Assembly (NCBI GenBank): GCA_036507075.1
Contig: DASXQR010000083.1
Coordinates: forward strand, 64,001-128,000
From: Acidobacteriota bacterium
GTDB lineage: Bacteria; Acidobacteriota; UBA6911; JACQSX01
Direction of reading: 5' to 3'
DNA: 64,000 nucleotides
In this document: one piece after another, positions 49,274 to 59,440 of the stretch
Position numbering within the stretch: the first letter of the stretch is position 1
How the letters are laid out: the number at the start of each line of letters is the position of its first letter
Made by a program: the position numbers and the translations under genes
Notes under the pieces: model-generated
The model's input: the letters and a program-made list of their open reading frames with translations, nothing else
What the model was told of the DNA's origin: nothing
The model's database searches: none

Positions 49274-50065
49274 ATGACACGCAGTTCCAGCCTCCTGACG
49301 TTCGCCGCCTTTTTCCTGCTGGCAAATGCCGGCTGTGGCAACCGTATTTCAAAGGTTACGCGGGTTACCGTAGCGCCGGACCAGTTAACCAGGGCCAGCG
49401 CAATTATTCGGGAGGCTGACGGCCTGATGGCGCGGGGAGAAACCTATGCAGCGCTGATCAAGTATCTTGACGCCGCCAAGCTCAATCCTAACAGCGAAAT
49501 CGTGTTCAACAAGATCGCCATTTCCTACACAAAGTTGAACTATTACGACCGCGCCACAGAGGCGGCCATACGGAGCCTGGGCTTGAACCCGAAATATCCG
49601 TTCGGCTATAACACGCTGGGAACAATCCAGTTGGTGCAGCACAAAGCCGGCGCGGCGATAAGGAATTTCCGACGCGCTATAGGGCTGAACGGCAAAGTCG
49701 CGTTTTTTTACCTCAATCTGGGAAATGCCTACCTGGAGCAAAAGAACAGCGACAAGGCAATGAAGGCCTTCCATGAGGCCTTGACCATTGATCCCGACGT
49801 CATGAACCGGCAGGCAGGTGTCGGGGTACAGGCTGCGTCGGCGCAATTCAACGACGCCAGGCGAAACTATTTTATGGCGCGCGTGTTTGCCGAAAGGGGC
49901 CAGGACCTGCTGGCGCTGGAGCTTCTGAAAAGAGCTTTGTCCGGCGGTTTTACCGACGTCGAGCGGATCATGAAAGATAAGGAATTCAACCGGCTCCGCG
50001 GAACCAAGGAATTCAAGGATTTGCTCGAAGAGTACGGCCTGGCCGCCAAAACCGCCAAAAGTTGA
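49274..50065 (+). CDS. TPR-repeat lipoprotein
   Basis: Lipobox-like NAGC; several TPR motifs. Confidence 0.85.
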   Translation: MTRSSSLLTFAAFFLLANAGCGNRISKVTRVTVAPDQLTRASAIIREADGLMARGETYAALIKYLDAAKLNPNSEIVFNKIAISYTKLNYYDRATEAAIRSLGLNPKYPFGYNTLGTIQLVQHKAGAAIRNFRRAIGLNGKVAFFYLNLGNAYLEQKNSDKAMKAFHEALTIDPDVMNRQAGVGVQAASAQFNDARRNYFMARVFAERGQDLLALELLKRALSGGFTDVERIMKDKEFNRLRGTKEFKDLLEEYGLAAKTAKS

Positions 50066-50111
50066 GCGCGAATTTGACGAAGTTATTTAGAAAATTCGTG
50101 GCCGACCCCCT

Positions 50112-50963
50112 ATGCAGCTATTAAAAGCGACCCTGGATCAATACGCGAGAAGTTTTCCCTATCAGCTCAGGCTGACGAGCGATCCCGTTCAGTATGTTTA
50201 CCGCTATTCTGACGATCGCGATCGCGAGGTGGCGGCGCTCTTTTCGGCCGCCTTTGCGTATGGAAATGTGGTTCAGATCCTGAAAAGTCTGAAAGTACTC
50301 TTCCGTTTGATGGGCAAAAGTCCTTACCGGTTTGTGATGAGTTTTTCGGGGCCGGATCGAAAACCGCTGCGGAGCTTTTATCACCGGTTCAACACCGGGA
50401 CAGACGTGGCGGCTCTGTGCCTGGCGCTGCAGCGGACTTTTAATGAATTCGGCAGCCTGCAGAATCTGTTCCTTTGCGGACATCAATCAAATGCAAGAAC
50501 CATCGAGGATGGACTTTCCCGTTTTGTGGCAAATCTGTTGGCGCGGGTCCCGCCTGAGATTTACGGGCGGGTCGAGCTGCCGCATGACGCGGGCGTACGT
50601 TTTCTGCTGTCTTCACCTGAATCTGGAAGCGCCTGCAAACGCATGAATCTGTTCCTGCGCTGGATGGTGCGCCCAGCGCCGGTCGATTTCCGGCTGTGGA
50701 AGCGCGTGCGCCCCGACCAACTGGTGCTCCCGGTTGACACTCACATAGCCCGAATTGGGCGTTACATCGGGCTCACTCCACGAAAAAATATCGGCTGGAA
50801 GATGGCCCTGGAAATGACGGAGGCATTGCGGGCGCTCGATCCCGTTGATCCGATCCGTTATGACTTCGCGCTCTGTCACCTGGGAATTATGCGCGGTTGT
50901 CCGGCCCGTTTCGATAAGCGCAAGTGTCAGGAATGCCCGATCCGGGATATCTGCACGCTGTGA
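50112..50963 (+). CDS. TIGR02757/DUF2400 family protein (HhH-like)
   Basis: SACKRMNLFLRWMVR, PVDTH, DPIRYDFAL; C-terminal Cys cluster. Confidence 0.9.
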   Translation: MQLLKATLDQYARSFPYQLRLTSDPVQYVYRYSDDRDREVAALFSAAFAYGNVVQILKSLKVLFRLMGKSPYRFVMSFSGPDRKPLRSFYHRFNTGTDVAALCLALQRTFNEFGSLQNLFLCGHQSNARTIEDGLSRFVANLLARVPPEIYGRVELPHDAGVRFLLSSPESGSACKRMNLFLRWMVRPAPVDFRLWKRVRPDQLVLPVDTHIARIGRYIGLTPRKNIGWKMALEMTEALRALDPVDPIRYDFALCHLGIMRGCPARFDKRKCQECPIRDICTL

Positions 50964-51048
50964 CGGCCAGTCCGTTCTTGGCGGTGAAGATTCTCGAATG
51001 ATCCGGACTGGCCGCCCCTACAGGTGCCTGATCCTTTACAATGGTTCG

Positions 51049-51723
51049 ATGCTGCGTCTGACATTGGCGGTCTTACTGCTTTCGGGAACGTTGGCGTCAG
51101 GACAGGATCCCGAGGACAGATCGCGGCAGAAGGCGCCCAAAATCGCTCCCGAAGACTTCAAGGAATATATGGATCTTGTTCGGACGCGGGCGCAGAATCT
51201 GCCGGAATCCCGCGATTTGGAAGCCGCCACACGCAATAGTTTCGAACGGATTTATCTGCACCAACTGCGTTCCAACTTTCAGAGCAAACCGTCGCCCCGG
51301 CGCGTGATGGAAAAGATTAAGGGGATCTTTCGCGAGTTTGACGCCGCGCAGCGAACGCTCAGAACTCTGCGCGGGAACGTGCCTGCTGCTTCCAGTCGTG
51401 AAATGAACAAGATCATGGACCGGCTCGATCATTCCGCTCGGACCATTCAGGGGGACTTCGAGGAATACTTTACCGAACTCAATCGAGGCTCTTTGAACAT
51501 AGAAATTCCGCAACTGGGAGAGGACGCGCAGCAGTGGAGATTCTATCTGGTGCGGGTAGATCAGTGCTTCAGCATTCTCAACGAGCAGCTCCAGCAGTAT
51601 TTTTTCCGCCCGGAACCCGGCCGGGTGGCGGTTCAGGACTATCGAAATCCCGGAGTTGCCACAATCACCAAAGCCATCCGCCAACTAACAAGGATTTACC
51701 GCGAAAGACTAAAAGTGCGGTGA
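51049..51723 (+). CDS. Secreted helical hypothetical protein
   Basis: Signal peptide; TGATG overlap with the next gene. Confidence 0.7.
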   Translation: MLRLTLAVLLLSGTLASGQDPEDRSRQKAPKIAPEDFKEYMDLVRTRAQNLPESRDLEAATRNSFERIYLHQLRSNFQSKPSPRRVMEKIKGIFREFDAAQRTLRTLRGNVPAASSREMNKIMDRLDHSARTIQGDFEEYFTELNRGSLNIEIPQLGEDAQQWRFYLVRVDQCFSILNEQLQQYFFRPEPGRVAVQDYRNPGVATITKAIRQLTRIYRERLKVR

Positions 51724-52592
51724 TGATTTATTTCGGCACTGCAGGATGGGTTTACCGCGACTGGGAAGGCAAATTCTATCCTCAAAAAAAGCCCCGGGGA
51801 TTCGATCCTCTGCTTTATCTCTCAAAATACTTTGACACGGTGGAGATCAACAGTTCGTTTTATTATCCGCCCCAGCCCGAAGCAGTGGCAAAGTGGGTTC
51901 AGCGCGTGCAGGAGAACAAGAAATTTCGATTCACCGCAAAATTGTGGAAGAAATTTACGCACGAAAGAAGCTTCACCGAGGCCGACCTGGACGAATTCAA
52001 GCGGGCGATCGATCCGTTGCTCTCCGCCGGGAAGCTGGGAGCCATGCTGCTGCAGTTCCCCTGGTCCTTTAAGAACGAGGATCAGAGCCGGGACTACCTT
52101 GTGCGGCTCATCGAAAACTTTCCTGATTATCCGCTGGTACTGGAAGTGCGTCACGAATCCTGGAATCTGGAGGCCACCTTCGACCTGCTGCGGCAAATGG
52201 GCGTCGGTTTCTGCAACATTGACCAGCCTCGCATCGGCAGATCTCTGCGCCCTACGGCTGCCGTAACCTCGGGGATCGGGTACTACCGGCTGCACGGGCG
52301 AAATTACAAGGACTGGTTTCGAAGCGACGCAGACGTGAACGAACGGTACGACTATCTTTATTCCAGCGAGGAATTGCAGGAGGCCGAGGAATTGACCGCC
52401 GCGATCTCCGAGCGCGCCAGAGACACCTATGTCATTTTAAACAACCATCGCAATGCGCAGGCGCCTGGCAATGCGCTCGAGTTAAAGAGTCGTGTTGCGG
52501 GTCGAAAAGTGATCGGGCCGGAGACGCTGCTCCAGACGTTCCCCAACCTGAAAGATTTTGCCGAGCCGGAGCAGGCGGGATTGTTTGGCTGA
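51723..52592 (+). CDS. DUF72 family protein
   Basis: GTAGW, VEINSSFY, LQFP, EVRH, YYRLHGRN and YDYLYS motifs. Confidence 0.92.
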   Translation: MIYFGTAGWVYRDWEGKFYPQKKPRGFDPLLYLSKYFDTVEINSSFYYPPQPEAVAKWVQRVQENKKFRFTAKLWKKFTHERSFTEADLDEFKRAIDPLLSAGKLGAMLLQFPWSFKNEDQSRDYLVRLIENFPDYPLVLEVRHESWNLEATFDLLRQMGVGFCNIDQPRIGRSLRPTAAVTSGIGYYRLHGRNYKDWFRSDADVNERYDYLYSSEELQEAEELTAAISERARDTYVILNNHRNAQAPGNALELKSRVAGRKVIGPETLLQTFPNLKDFAEPEQAGLFG

Positions 52593-52653
52593 TGCTTAGG
52601 GCTAAAAGACTGCTTCCCTTTGTGCCTTGGTGCCTTTGTGGTAAAAAGCTCTT

Positions 52654-53439
52654 ATGGCGCACCTGGTCACTTTAATCACCGATTTTGGTCTGCGTGAATA
52701 CTTTGTGGGCGCCATCAAAGGCGCCATGCTGTCGATCAACCCGGACCTGAGCATCGTTGACATCTCTCATCAGATCAATTCGCACGACATCCTGGAAGCC
52801 GCTTTTACGATTCGCTGCGCTTATTCCGCTTTTCCACCGCGTACCATTCACTTAGTGATCGTGGATCCAGGAGTCGGATCTCGGCGCAGGGCACTGATTG
52901 TGGCAACGGAAAACTACTACTTCATCGGGCCGGATAACGGGATTTTCTCGTTGATATACGAGGCTGAACCGGTTCAGCGCGTCGTCTCCATTACCTCTGA
53001 GCATTATTTTCGAAGACCGGTGAGCCGTACATTTCACGGCCGGGACGTTTTCGGCCCGGTAGCGGCCTGGATGGCGCGAGGAATTGAAATCGGAAAGTTT
53101 GGCGAAGAGATTTCCGACTACACAAAACTGACCCCGCCTAAACCGAAAAAAGGCGCCGATGGCAAAGTGCAGGGAATAATTCTGCACATCGACAAGTTCG
53201 GCAACCTGATTACCAATATCGACCAGACCGCGCTGGGGAAGTTGGGAACGCCTGCAAAGTTCACCGTCGCCGGAAAGGAAGTCGCTTCAATTGTCGGCAG
53301 CTACGCAGAGGGTCAACCGGGAGAACCCTTTGCGCTGGTGGGCAGCGCCGGCTTTTATGAGATTTCCATGCAGAAGAGTTCTGCCGCCAAAGCCCTCCAG
53401 GCCCAGCGGGGGGCGGAAGTCGTTGTCCAGTTGAGTTAG
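52654..53439 (+). CDS. DUF62 SAM hydroxide adenosyltransferase family
   Basis: TDFG, VDPGVG, GPDNG, TFHGRDVF and DKFGN motifs. Confidence 0.92.
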   Translation: MAHLVTLITDFGLREYFVGAIKGAMLSINPDLSIVDISHQINSHDILEAAFTIRCAYSAFPPRTIHLVIVDPGVGSRRRALIVATENYYFIGPDNGIFSLIYEAEPVQRVVSITSEHYFRRPVSRTFHGRDVFGPVAAWMARGIEIGKFGEEISDYTKLTPPKPKKGADGKVQGIILHIDKFGNLITNIDQTALGKLGTPAKFTVAGKEVASIVGSYAEGQPGEPFALVGSAGFYEISMQKSSAAKALQAQRGAEVVVQLS

Positions 53440-53642
53440 AACTTCTGGCACCCATCAGTGGATTCCGTGAGCGTGGAGGTGGCCGTTAACGTCTATCGTT
53501 GACGTGCACGTGCTCGTGGCCGTCCTCGGCTTTTTCTTTGGTTGCAGCCTACGGCTGGGTTGTGGCTCAGCGGGGAACGCAAGGTGGCCGTCTTCACACC
53601 CCAGGCTTCATTCTTCACCCGGGGCTGTCTTATACTGGTCTC

Positions 53643-54800
53643 ATGAATCCCGTTTACCTGGACAATTCTGCCTCCACGCCGGTTGATCCGCAGGTGGTGG
53701 AAGCCATGCTGCCGTATTTCACAGAGATTTACGGCAACGCTTCTTCCATTCACACCTACGGTCAGCGGGCTCGGGCGGCAGCCGAGGAGGCGCGCGGGCA
53801 AATCGCCCGCCTGGTGGGCGCCGGCGCAAAGGAAGTAGTGTTTACCAGCGGTGGAACCGAGTCGGACAATACAGCGCTTCGCGGCGTTGCTTACCAGCAG
53901 CGCGACCGGGGTAATCACATCATCACCTCACAGATTGAGCACCCCGCTGTGCTCAGCACATGCAAGGCGCTGGAGTTGGAAGGCTTCGAGGTGACTTATC
54001 TACCCGTCGAGCCATCGGGACTTTTGGATCTGGATCGGCTGCGGGCTGCCATCACTCCCCGAACAACGCTGATTTCGATCATGCACGTCAACAATGAAAT
54101 CGGCACCATCCAGCCGCTGGCAGAAATCTGCGATCTGGCCCATGGCCAGAAGATTCTGGTGCATTCCGACTGCGTTCAATCGCTGGGGAAGATTCCCATT
54201 GACCTGGGCAGCCTTCCTCTGGACCTGGCTTCATTTTCCGGGCACAAGCTCCATGGTCCCAAAGGAATCGGGGCTCTGTTTGTGCGTAAGAACGTGCGAT
54301 TAAGGCCCTTCATGCTCGGAGGCAGTCATGAGCGAAAGCGGCGCGCTGGGACCGAGAACGTGCCTGGGATCGTCGGTTTCGGAAAGGCGGCGGAGCTTGC
54401 CGGCCGTCACCTGGACGAAATGGCAACTCGCGTAAGAGGGATGCGCGACCGGCTGGAAACCGCGCTGCTGCAGATAAGCGGGACGATCCGGAACGGCGAC
54501 GAGAAGCAGCGGGTTCCAAACATCTCCAACTTAAGTTTTGAGCACACCGAAGGGGAAGGCCTCCTGATCTCGCTCGACCTGGAAGGAATTGCCGTATCAA
54601 CTGGCGCTGCCTGCTCTTCGGGATCGCTCGAACCCTCGCATGTCCTTGTAGCCCTCGGACGCGACAAGCGCGATGTTCACGGCTCGCTGCGCTTCAGCTT
54701 CAGCCGGATGAATACCGAAAATGATCTGCAGCGCGTGCTCGAGGTTCTTCCGACCATCGTGCAAAGGATGCGCTCGATGAGCCCCTCCTTTTCCGCATAA
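53643..54800 (+). CDS. iscS: Cysteine desulfurase (group I)
   Basis: YLDNSAST, SGHKLHGPKG and STGAACSS motifs. Confidence 0.93.
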   Translation: MNPVYLDNSASTPVDPQVVEAMLPYFTEIYGNASSIHTYGQRARAAAEEARGQIARLVGAGAKEVVFTSGGTESDNTALRGVAYQQRDRGNHIITSQIEHPAVLSTCKALELEGFEVTYLPVEPSGLLDLDRLRAAITPRTTLISIMHVNNEIGTIQPLAEICDLAHGQKILVHSDCVQSLGKIPIDLGSLPLDLASFSGHKLHGPKGIGALFVRKNVRLRPFMLGGSHERKRRAGTENVPGIVGFGKAAELAGRHLDEMATRVRGMRDRLETALLQISGTIRNGDEKQRVPNISNLSFEHTEGEGLLISLDLEGIAVSTGAACSSGSLEPSHVLVALGRDKRDVHGSLRFSFSRMNTENDLQRVLEVLPTIVQRMRSMSPSFSA

Positions 54801-55180
54801 TGGAAAATTCCGCTTACTCTCCCGGGTTGCTGGAACACTACCGCGCGCCGCGCAATGTAGGTGTGCTGCCGGATGCCGACGGAACAGCGACTCGGCAAAA
54901 TCAAGTCTGCGGGGATGTCCTTCAGTTCTTCGTCCGGCTGTCGGGCGAGACGGTTGACGAAGTGCGCTTCAAGGCGGAAGGATGCATTCCAACCGTTGCT
55001 CTGGCTTCCTACACCACTGAATGGCTGCGGGGAAAAAAGAAAGGCGAGATCGAACGACTCGATCTCGCCCACTTTGAGGACGCGCTGGGAAGCCTGCCGC
55101 CGCACAAAATTCATGCCGCGGCGCTGGTTGTGGAAACTCTCCGCGCCGCGCTGTGCGACTGCGGAAGAAATCCCCACTAG
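54800..55180 (+). CDS. iscU: IscU/NifU-N-like scaffold lacking the third Cys
   Basis: PRNVG, CGD, GC, LPPHKIHA; coupled to iscS. Confidence 0.82.
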   Translation: MENSAYSPGLLEHYRAPRNVGVLPDADGTATRQNQVCGDVLQFFVRLSGETVDEVRFKAEGCIPTVALASYTTEWLRGKKKGEIERLDLAHFEDALGSLPPHKIHAAALVVETLRAALCDCGRNPH

Positions 55181-55208
55181 AGTTTTTCGCAGCCGGGCAC
55201 CAGCGCTC

Positions 55209-55661
55209 TTAGCTCACCGAAACCGGAATCTGGCGCGGTTTTGCCTTCTCCGATTTCGGCAGAATCACCGACAAAACGCCGTTTTTGAGGGTGGCCTTGA
55301 TCTTGTCGGCTTCAACTGTCGGCGGAAGAGTAAACACCCTTTGGAACCGGCCATAAGCCCGCTCCACTCGATGATACTCGTCCCGGTCGGCCTTCTGTTC
55401 GAATTTGCGCTCGCCGCTGATCGTCAGATTGCCCCCCTCGACGCGAATGTCAATCTGGTCTTTCTCAAAACCGGGAACCTCAGCGATGAACTCAATCGCC
55501 TCGGGCGTTTCTCGGACATCAACGGGCGGCACAAATGCCATTGGGCTTTCCGTCGTATCGTCCTGCCAGTTGCGATTGAAAGCCTGATCAAACCAGCGGT
55601 TTACCGATCCCAGGGTGAACAGGTCGCCATAAGGTGAAAAGTTAAATCTAGTCAGTTGCAT
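55209..55661 (-). CDS. Hsp20/alpha-crystallin small heat shock protein
   Basis: PPVDV, ERAYGRFQRVFTLP and NGVL motifs. Confidence 0.93.
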   Translation of the reverse strand: MQLTRFNFSPYGDLFTLGSVNRWFDQAFNRNWQDDTTESPMAFVPPVDVRETPEAIEFIAEVPGFEKDQIDIRVEGGNLTISGERKFEQKADRDEYHRVERAYGRFQRVFTLPPTVEADKIKATLKNGVLSVILPKSEKAKPRQIPVSVS

Positions 55662-55734
55662 AATTTTCCTCCTTTCCCGAAATATTTTCTTCTCGTACAC
55701 CCAATTTCTAAGATCGGCGAGAGCTGCTGTCAAA

Positions 55735-55843
55735 CCCTGGCCCCATTCAAAAAAACCTAAAGCGCTAAGAACGCAAAGAACGCCAAGGCTATTCTTAGCG
55801 CTCTTTGCGTTCTTGGCGGTTAGGTCTTTGAATGAGGCCAGGG
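55735..55843. mobile_element. MITE-like palindrome CCCTGGCCCCATTCAAA...TTTGAATGAGGCCAGGG
   Basis: 17-bp inverted repeat with one mismatch enclosing AAGAACGC repeats, as in 48366-48600. Confidence 0.55.
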
Positions 55844-56161
55844 GGCTGAAAAAGGAAGGGTGCCGGTAGAGGGTCCGATTACAAAAATCCAGAACCTTTC
55901 CCGACACCCTTAGGAGGTGAATGGGTTATTCAATGTATTAGACGAAGAAACTCCCCTTCTGGTTCCACCCTTTTGAAAATTTATCTTTCCTTGAACTTTT
56001 TTTCGTGGAAAACGGCATTGGCCAGTTATGTGCTTGTATAGCCTGACGTCACAACAAACTAGGAAATGGTACGGGTTCCCGAAAGCTTGCCGGGTTTCGG
56101 GAAATCGTTGAGGTTAGGGCTTTTAAGCAGCGAAAACAACAGCAGAAAGAGGGGAAACCAC

Positions 56162-56407
56162 ATGTCAGAACGCTATGTCCTGTTGGCGCGAGTTGGGAAG
56201 AAATTGCAGCTGTTTTCTTTGATTACCAATGAGAAACCGACCTCCATCGTGCGCATCGGATACCGGATGCTCAAGGCCAAATGCGGGGAAATGCCCGTTA
56301 AGATCCTGATGGTTCTGGATCTGCCAACCTGGGTTTCCGATGTCTGTCACGCGGGACCGTCCGAAGCCAAAACGGCAGGCGCAAGCTTACTGACAGCTAA
56401 CCTGTAA
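56162..56407 (+). CDS. Small hypothetical protein
   Basis: AGAGGGG RBS; weak sigma54-like TGGCCAGTTATGTGC at 56019-56033. Confidence 0.45.
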   Translation: MSERYVLLARVGKKLQLFSLITNEKPTSIVRIGYRMLKAKCGEMPVKILMVLDLPTWVSDVCHAGPSEAKTAGASLLTANL

Positions 56408-57173
56408 TCCCGAGGATGTTGAATCCGCCATCGACGTAAATCACTTCGCCCGTGATTCCGCGCGACAAGTGGCTGCAGAGGAAAAGGGCTGTATCGGCTA
56501 CTTCACTCACATCAGTGTTTTTGCGCAGCGGCGCATGCTCGCGATGGTATTGAAGAATAGTGGTGAAACCGGACACTCCTCTGGCCGCCAGGGTGGAGAT
56601 GGGGCCCGCCGAAATTGCGTTCACTCGAATCCCGCGCGGGCCGAGATCGTGTGAAAGATATCGCACGCTGGACTCAAGCGCCGCCTTGGCAACACCCATG
56701 ACGTTGTAATGGGGCACCACCCTTTCGCCTCCCAGATAGGTGAGCGTTACAATGCTTCCGCCTGCACTCATCAGCGGCGCGGCGCGGCGCGCAAGCGCCG
56801 TAAGAGAGTAGGCGCTGATTTCGTGCGCCAGCCTGAAACCATTCCTTGAAGTGTTGAGGAATTCGCCTTCCAGGTCCTCCCGCAACGCATACGCCACTGC
56901 ATGCACCAGAAAATCGATTTTTCCGAAGCTCTTCTCCAGCAGGCCGAAAGACTGATCAATCTGTTCGTCCGCGGTCACATCGCAGGGGAACAGGATCGGA
57001 TCCTGCAGTTCGGCGGCAAGCTCGCGCACATTTCCTTCCAGCCTCTCACCCTGATAATTGAGCGCCAGCCGTGCTCCCGCGCCCGCCAGGGCTTTGGCAA
57101 TTCCCCACGCGATGCTGCGCTTGTTGGCCACGCCAAAAACGACGCCATGTTTTTCCCTTAACAAGTCATGCAT
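56397..57173 (-). CDS. fabI: Enoyl-ACP reductase
   Basis: GVANKRSIAWGIA, YNVMGVAKAALE and SAGPI motifs. Confidence 0.96.
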   Translation of the reverse strand: MHDLLREKHGVVFGVANKRSIAWGIAKALAGAGARLALNYQGERLEGNVRELAAELQDPILFPCDVTADEQIDQSFGLLEKSFGKIDFLVHAVAYALREDLEGEFLNTSRNGFRLAHEISAYSLTALARRAAPLMSAGGSIVTLTYLGGERVVPHYNVMGVAKAALESSVRYLSHDLGPRGIRVNAISAGPISTLAARGVSGFTTILQYHREHAPLRKNTDVSEVADTALFLCSHLSRGITGEVIYVDGGFNILGITG

Positions 57174-57188
57174 TCAGAGTGCTCCGGC

Positions 57189-59108
57189 CTATTCTTCTTC
57201 AGAAATGCTTCCCGGTTCGAGCGTCGAAGTGTCACCGTATGACTCGCCGCGCTCGCGCGCTTTCAGAAGACGACGCATGATCTTGCCGCTGCGAGTCTTG
57301 GGAAGCCGGTCCAGAAAATCGATCTCTTCGGGGCGCGCGATCTTCCCGATCTGCTCTGCCACATGCTCTTTTAACTGCTCGACCAGGGCAGCGCTCTTTT
57401 CAAAGCCCGGCCGCAGAGTCACGAATGCTTTGGGAACTTCTCCCTTGACATCATGCGGTTTTCCGATCACGGCAGCTTCAGCAACCGAGGGATGATGCAC
57501 CAGCGCGCTCTCGATTTCCATCGTTCCCAGTCGATGGCCGGCAACGTTAAGCACGTCATCCATTCTGCCCATCACCCGAATATAGCCGTCCGAGTCGCGC
57601 ACGGCGGCATCGCCCGTCGTATAGACCCCGGGCACGATGCTCCAGTACTGCTGCTTGTAGCGCTCCGGATCCTTGTAGATGGAAGCCAGCATCGCGGGCC
57701 ACGGCTTTCGGATCACCAGGTAGCCGCCCACGTTGGCCGGCTGTGAGTTTCCGTCCCGGTCAACGACATCGGCAACAATTCCGGGAAACGGTTTGGCAGC
57801 TGATCCGGGCTTGAGCGGATAGCTGGGGAGCGGGGAAATCATGATCTGCCCGGTTTCAGTCTGCCACCAGGTGTCCACTATGGGACAGCGTTCTCGTCCG
57901 ATATTTTTGTAATACCAGATCCAGGCTTCAGGATTGATCGGCTCTCCCACGGTTCCCAGCAGCCGCAATGAAGAAAGGTCGTGTTTCCTGGGCCATTCCT
58001 CGCCGTACTTCATGAACAAGCGGATTGCCGTGGGCGTGCCATAGAGGACGTTGATCCGGTGGCGCTCAACGATCGACCACCAACGGTCGGGTTGCGGGTA
58101 GTCGGGAGCGCCTTCACAGATAAACTGTGTCGCGCCGTTCAGCAGCGGCCCGTACACAATGTAACTGTGACCCGTCACCCAGCCTGGATCGGCGGGGCAC
58201 CAGTAGAGATCGGTCTCCTTTAGATCGAAAATCCACTTGGTGGTGATGTAAGTTCCCACCATATAGCCGCCATGACGGTGCAGGATTCCTTTCGGCTTGC
58301 CGGTCGAACCGGACGTGTAGAGGATGTAAAGCAGGTCGTTGGAATCCATATGTTCGGTTGAACACTCTATGGATTGATCGCGCAGCGCGTCCTCCCAATT
58401 AATGTCTTTGGGTCCCGCCGGGACTCCCTTGCCTGTGCGGCGAACTACGATTACATGTTCGATCGTGGGACAGAGATTGACGGCCTTGTCGGCATTCTCT
58501 TTTAGAGGAACGATCCCGCTGCGGTAATACGCTCCATCGGCAGTGATCAGGACCTTGGCCTCTGCGTCATCAATTCGATCCCGCAGCGCTTCAGCGCTGA
58601 ATCCGCCGAATACGACGTTGTGCACGGCCCCGATTTTGGCGCAGGCAAGCATCGAGATCGCGATTTCGGGAATAACCGGCAGATAGATGGTCACACGGTC
58701 GCCGCGCTTGACGCCCATTCCTTTCAAGGCGTTGGCCAGGCGATTCACCTCGCAATAGAGCTGGTGATAGGTGATGGTGCGCCGGTCCCCGTTCTCTCCT
58801 TCCCACAAGAAAGCCACCTTGTGCCTGCGCCATGTGTTGATGTGACGATCCAGGGCATTGTGGACAATGTTGCAGCTTGCTCCAACGAACCATTTCGAGA
58901 ACGGATAATCCCATTCCAGCACCCTGTTCCAGGGTTTGTACCATTCGAGATCGTGAGCCACTTTCTCCCAGAACTTTTCGATGTCTTTGACCGATTCGTC
59001 GTAGAGCCGCTGGTAATCAGGGACCCAGGCGTTACGGACGAATTCCGCGGGCGGTTTGTATATGCGGTCTTCATGAAGCACAGACTCCAGAGTGAGCTTT
59101 TCACTCAT
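57189..59108 (-). CDS. acs: Acetyl-CoA synthetase
   Basis: [20 protein letters not shown] and [11 protein letters not shown] motifs. Confidence 0.96.
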   Translation of the reverse strand: MSEKLTLESVLHEDRIYKPPAEFVRNAWVPDYQRLYDESVKDIEKFWEKVAHDLEWYKPWNRVLEWDYPFSKWFVGASCNIVHNALDRHINTWRRHKVAFLWEGENGDRRTITYHQLYCEVNRLANALKGMGVKRGDRVTIYLPVIPEIAISMLACAKIGAVHNVVFGGFSAEALRDRIDDAEAKVLITADGAYYRSGIVPLKENADKAVNLCPTIEHVIVVRRTGKGVPAGPKDINWEDALRDQSIECSTEHMDSNDLLYILYTSGSTGKPKGILHRHGGYMVGTYITTKWIFDLKETDLYWCPADPGWVTGHSYIVYGPLLNGATQFICEGAPDYPQPDRWWSIVERHRINVLYGTPTAIRLFMKYGEEWPRKHDLSSLRLLGTVGEPINPEAWIWYYKNIGRERCPIVDTWWQTETGQIMISPLPSYPLKPGSAAKPFPGIVADVVDRDGNSQPANVGGYLVIRKPWPAMLASIYKDPERYKQQYWSIVPGVYTTGDAAVRDSDGYIRVMGRMDDVLNVAGHRLGTMEIESALVHHPSVAEAAVIGKPHDVKGEVPKAFVTLRPGFEKSAALVEQLKEHVAEQIGKIARPEEIDFLDRLPKTRSGKIMRRLLKARERGESYGDTSTLEPGSISEEE

Positions 59109-59263
59109 AGCAAACTCCTACGATTCTCCTGCTGTTCTCAAAAATCGACAATCGAAGCTACGGGTTTACGGGTTCCGGGTTGCGGGTTTGGAAATTCGAA
59201 ATTCAGTTCTCGGAACCCGAAACTCGCAACCTTGATCGCCAATCTATAGTAAAAAAGGGGTGA

Positions 59264-59336
59264 AGCCACTGATAGGACTTGAACCTACAACCTCGGCTTT
59301 ACGAAAGCCTTGCTCTACCGATTGAGCTACAGTGGC
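59264..59336 (-). tRNA. tRNA-Thr (CGT)
   Basis: GCCACTG/CAGTGGC acceptor stem, TTCGTAA loop, TTCAAGT. Confidence 0.92.
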
Positions 59337-59440
59337 TCATTCTCGGAACCATCAAAAAAATTTATTCTATACGAACCGGCAAAATAGTGTCGAGTGACGA
59401 TTAGAGAGCCTCCGCAAAAAACGCGACTCTCCCGCCGGGC

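Noticed and set aside
52654..53439. Fluorinase/chlorinase
   Set aside because: The housekeeping context and TFHGRD motif fit the common DUF62 SAM hydrolase.
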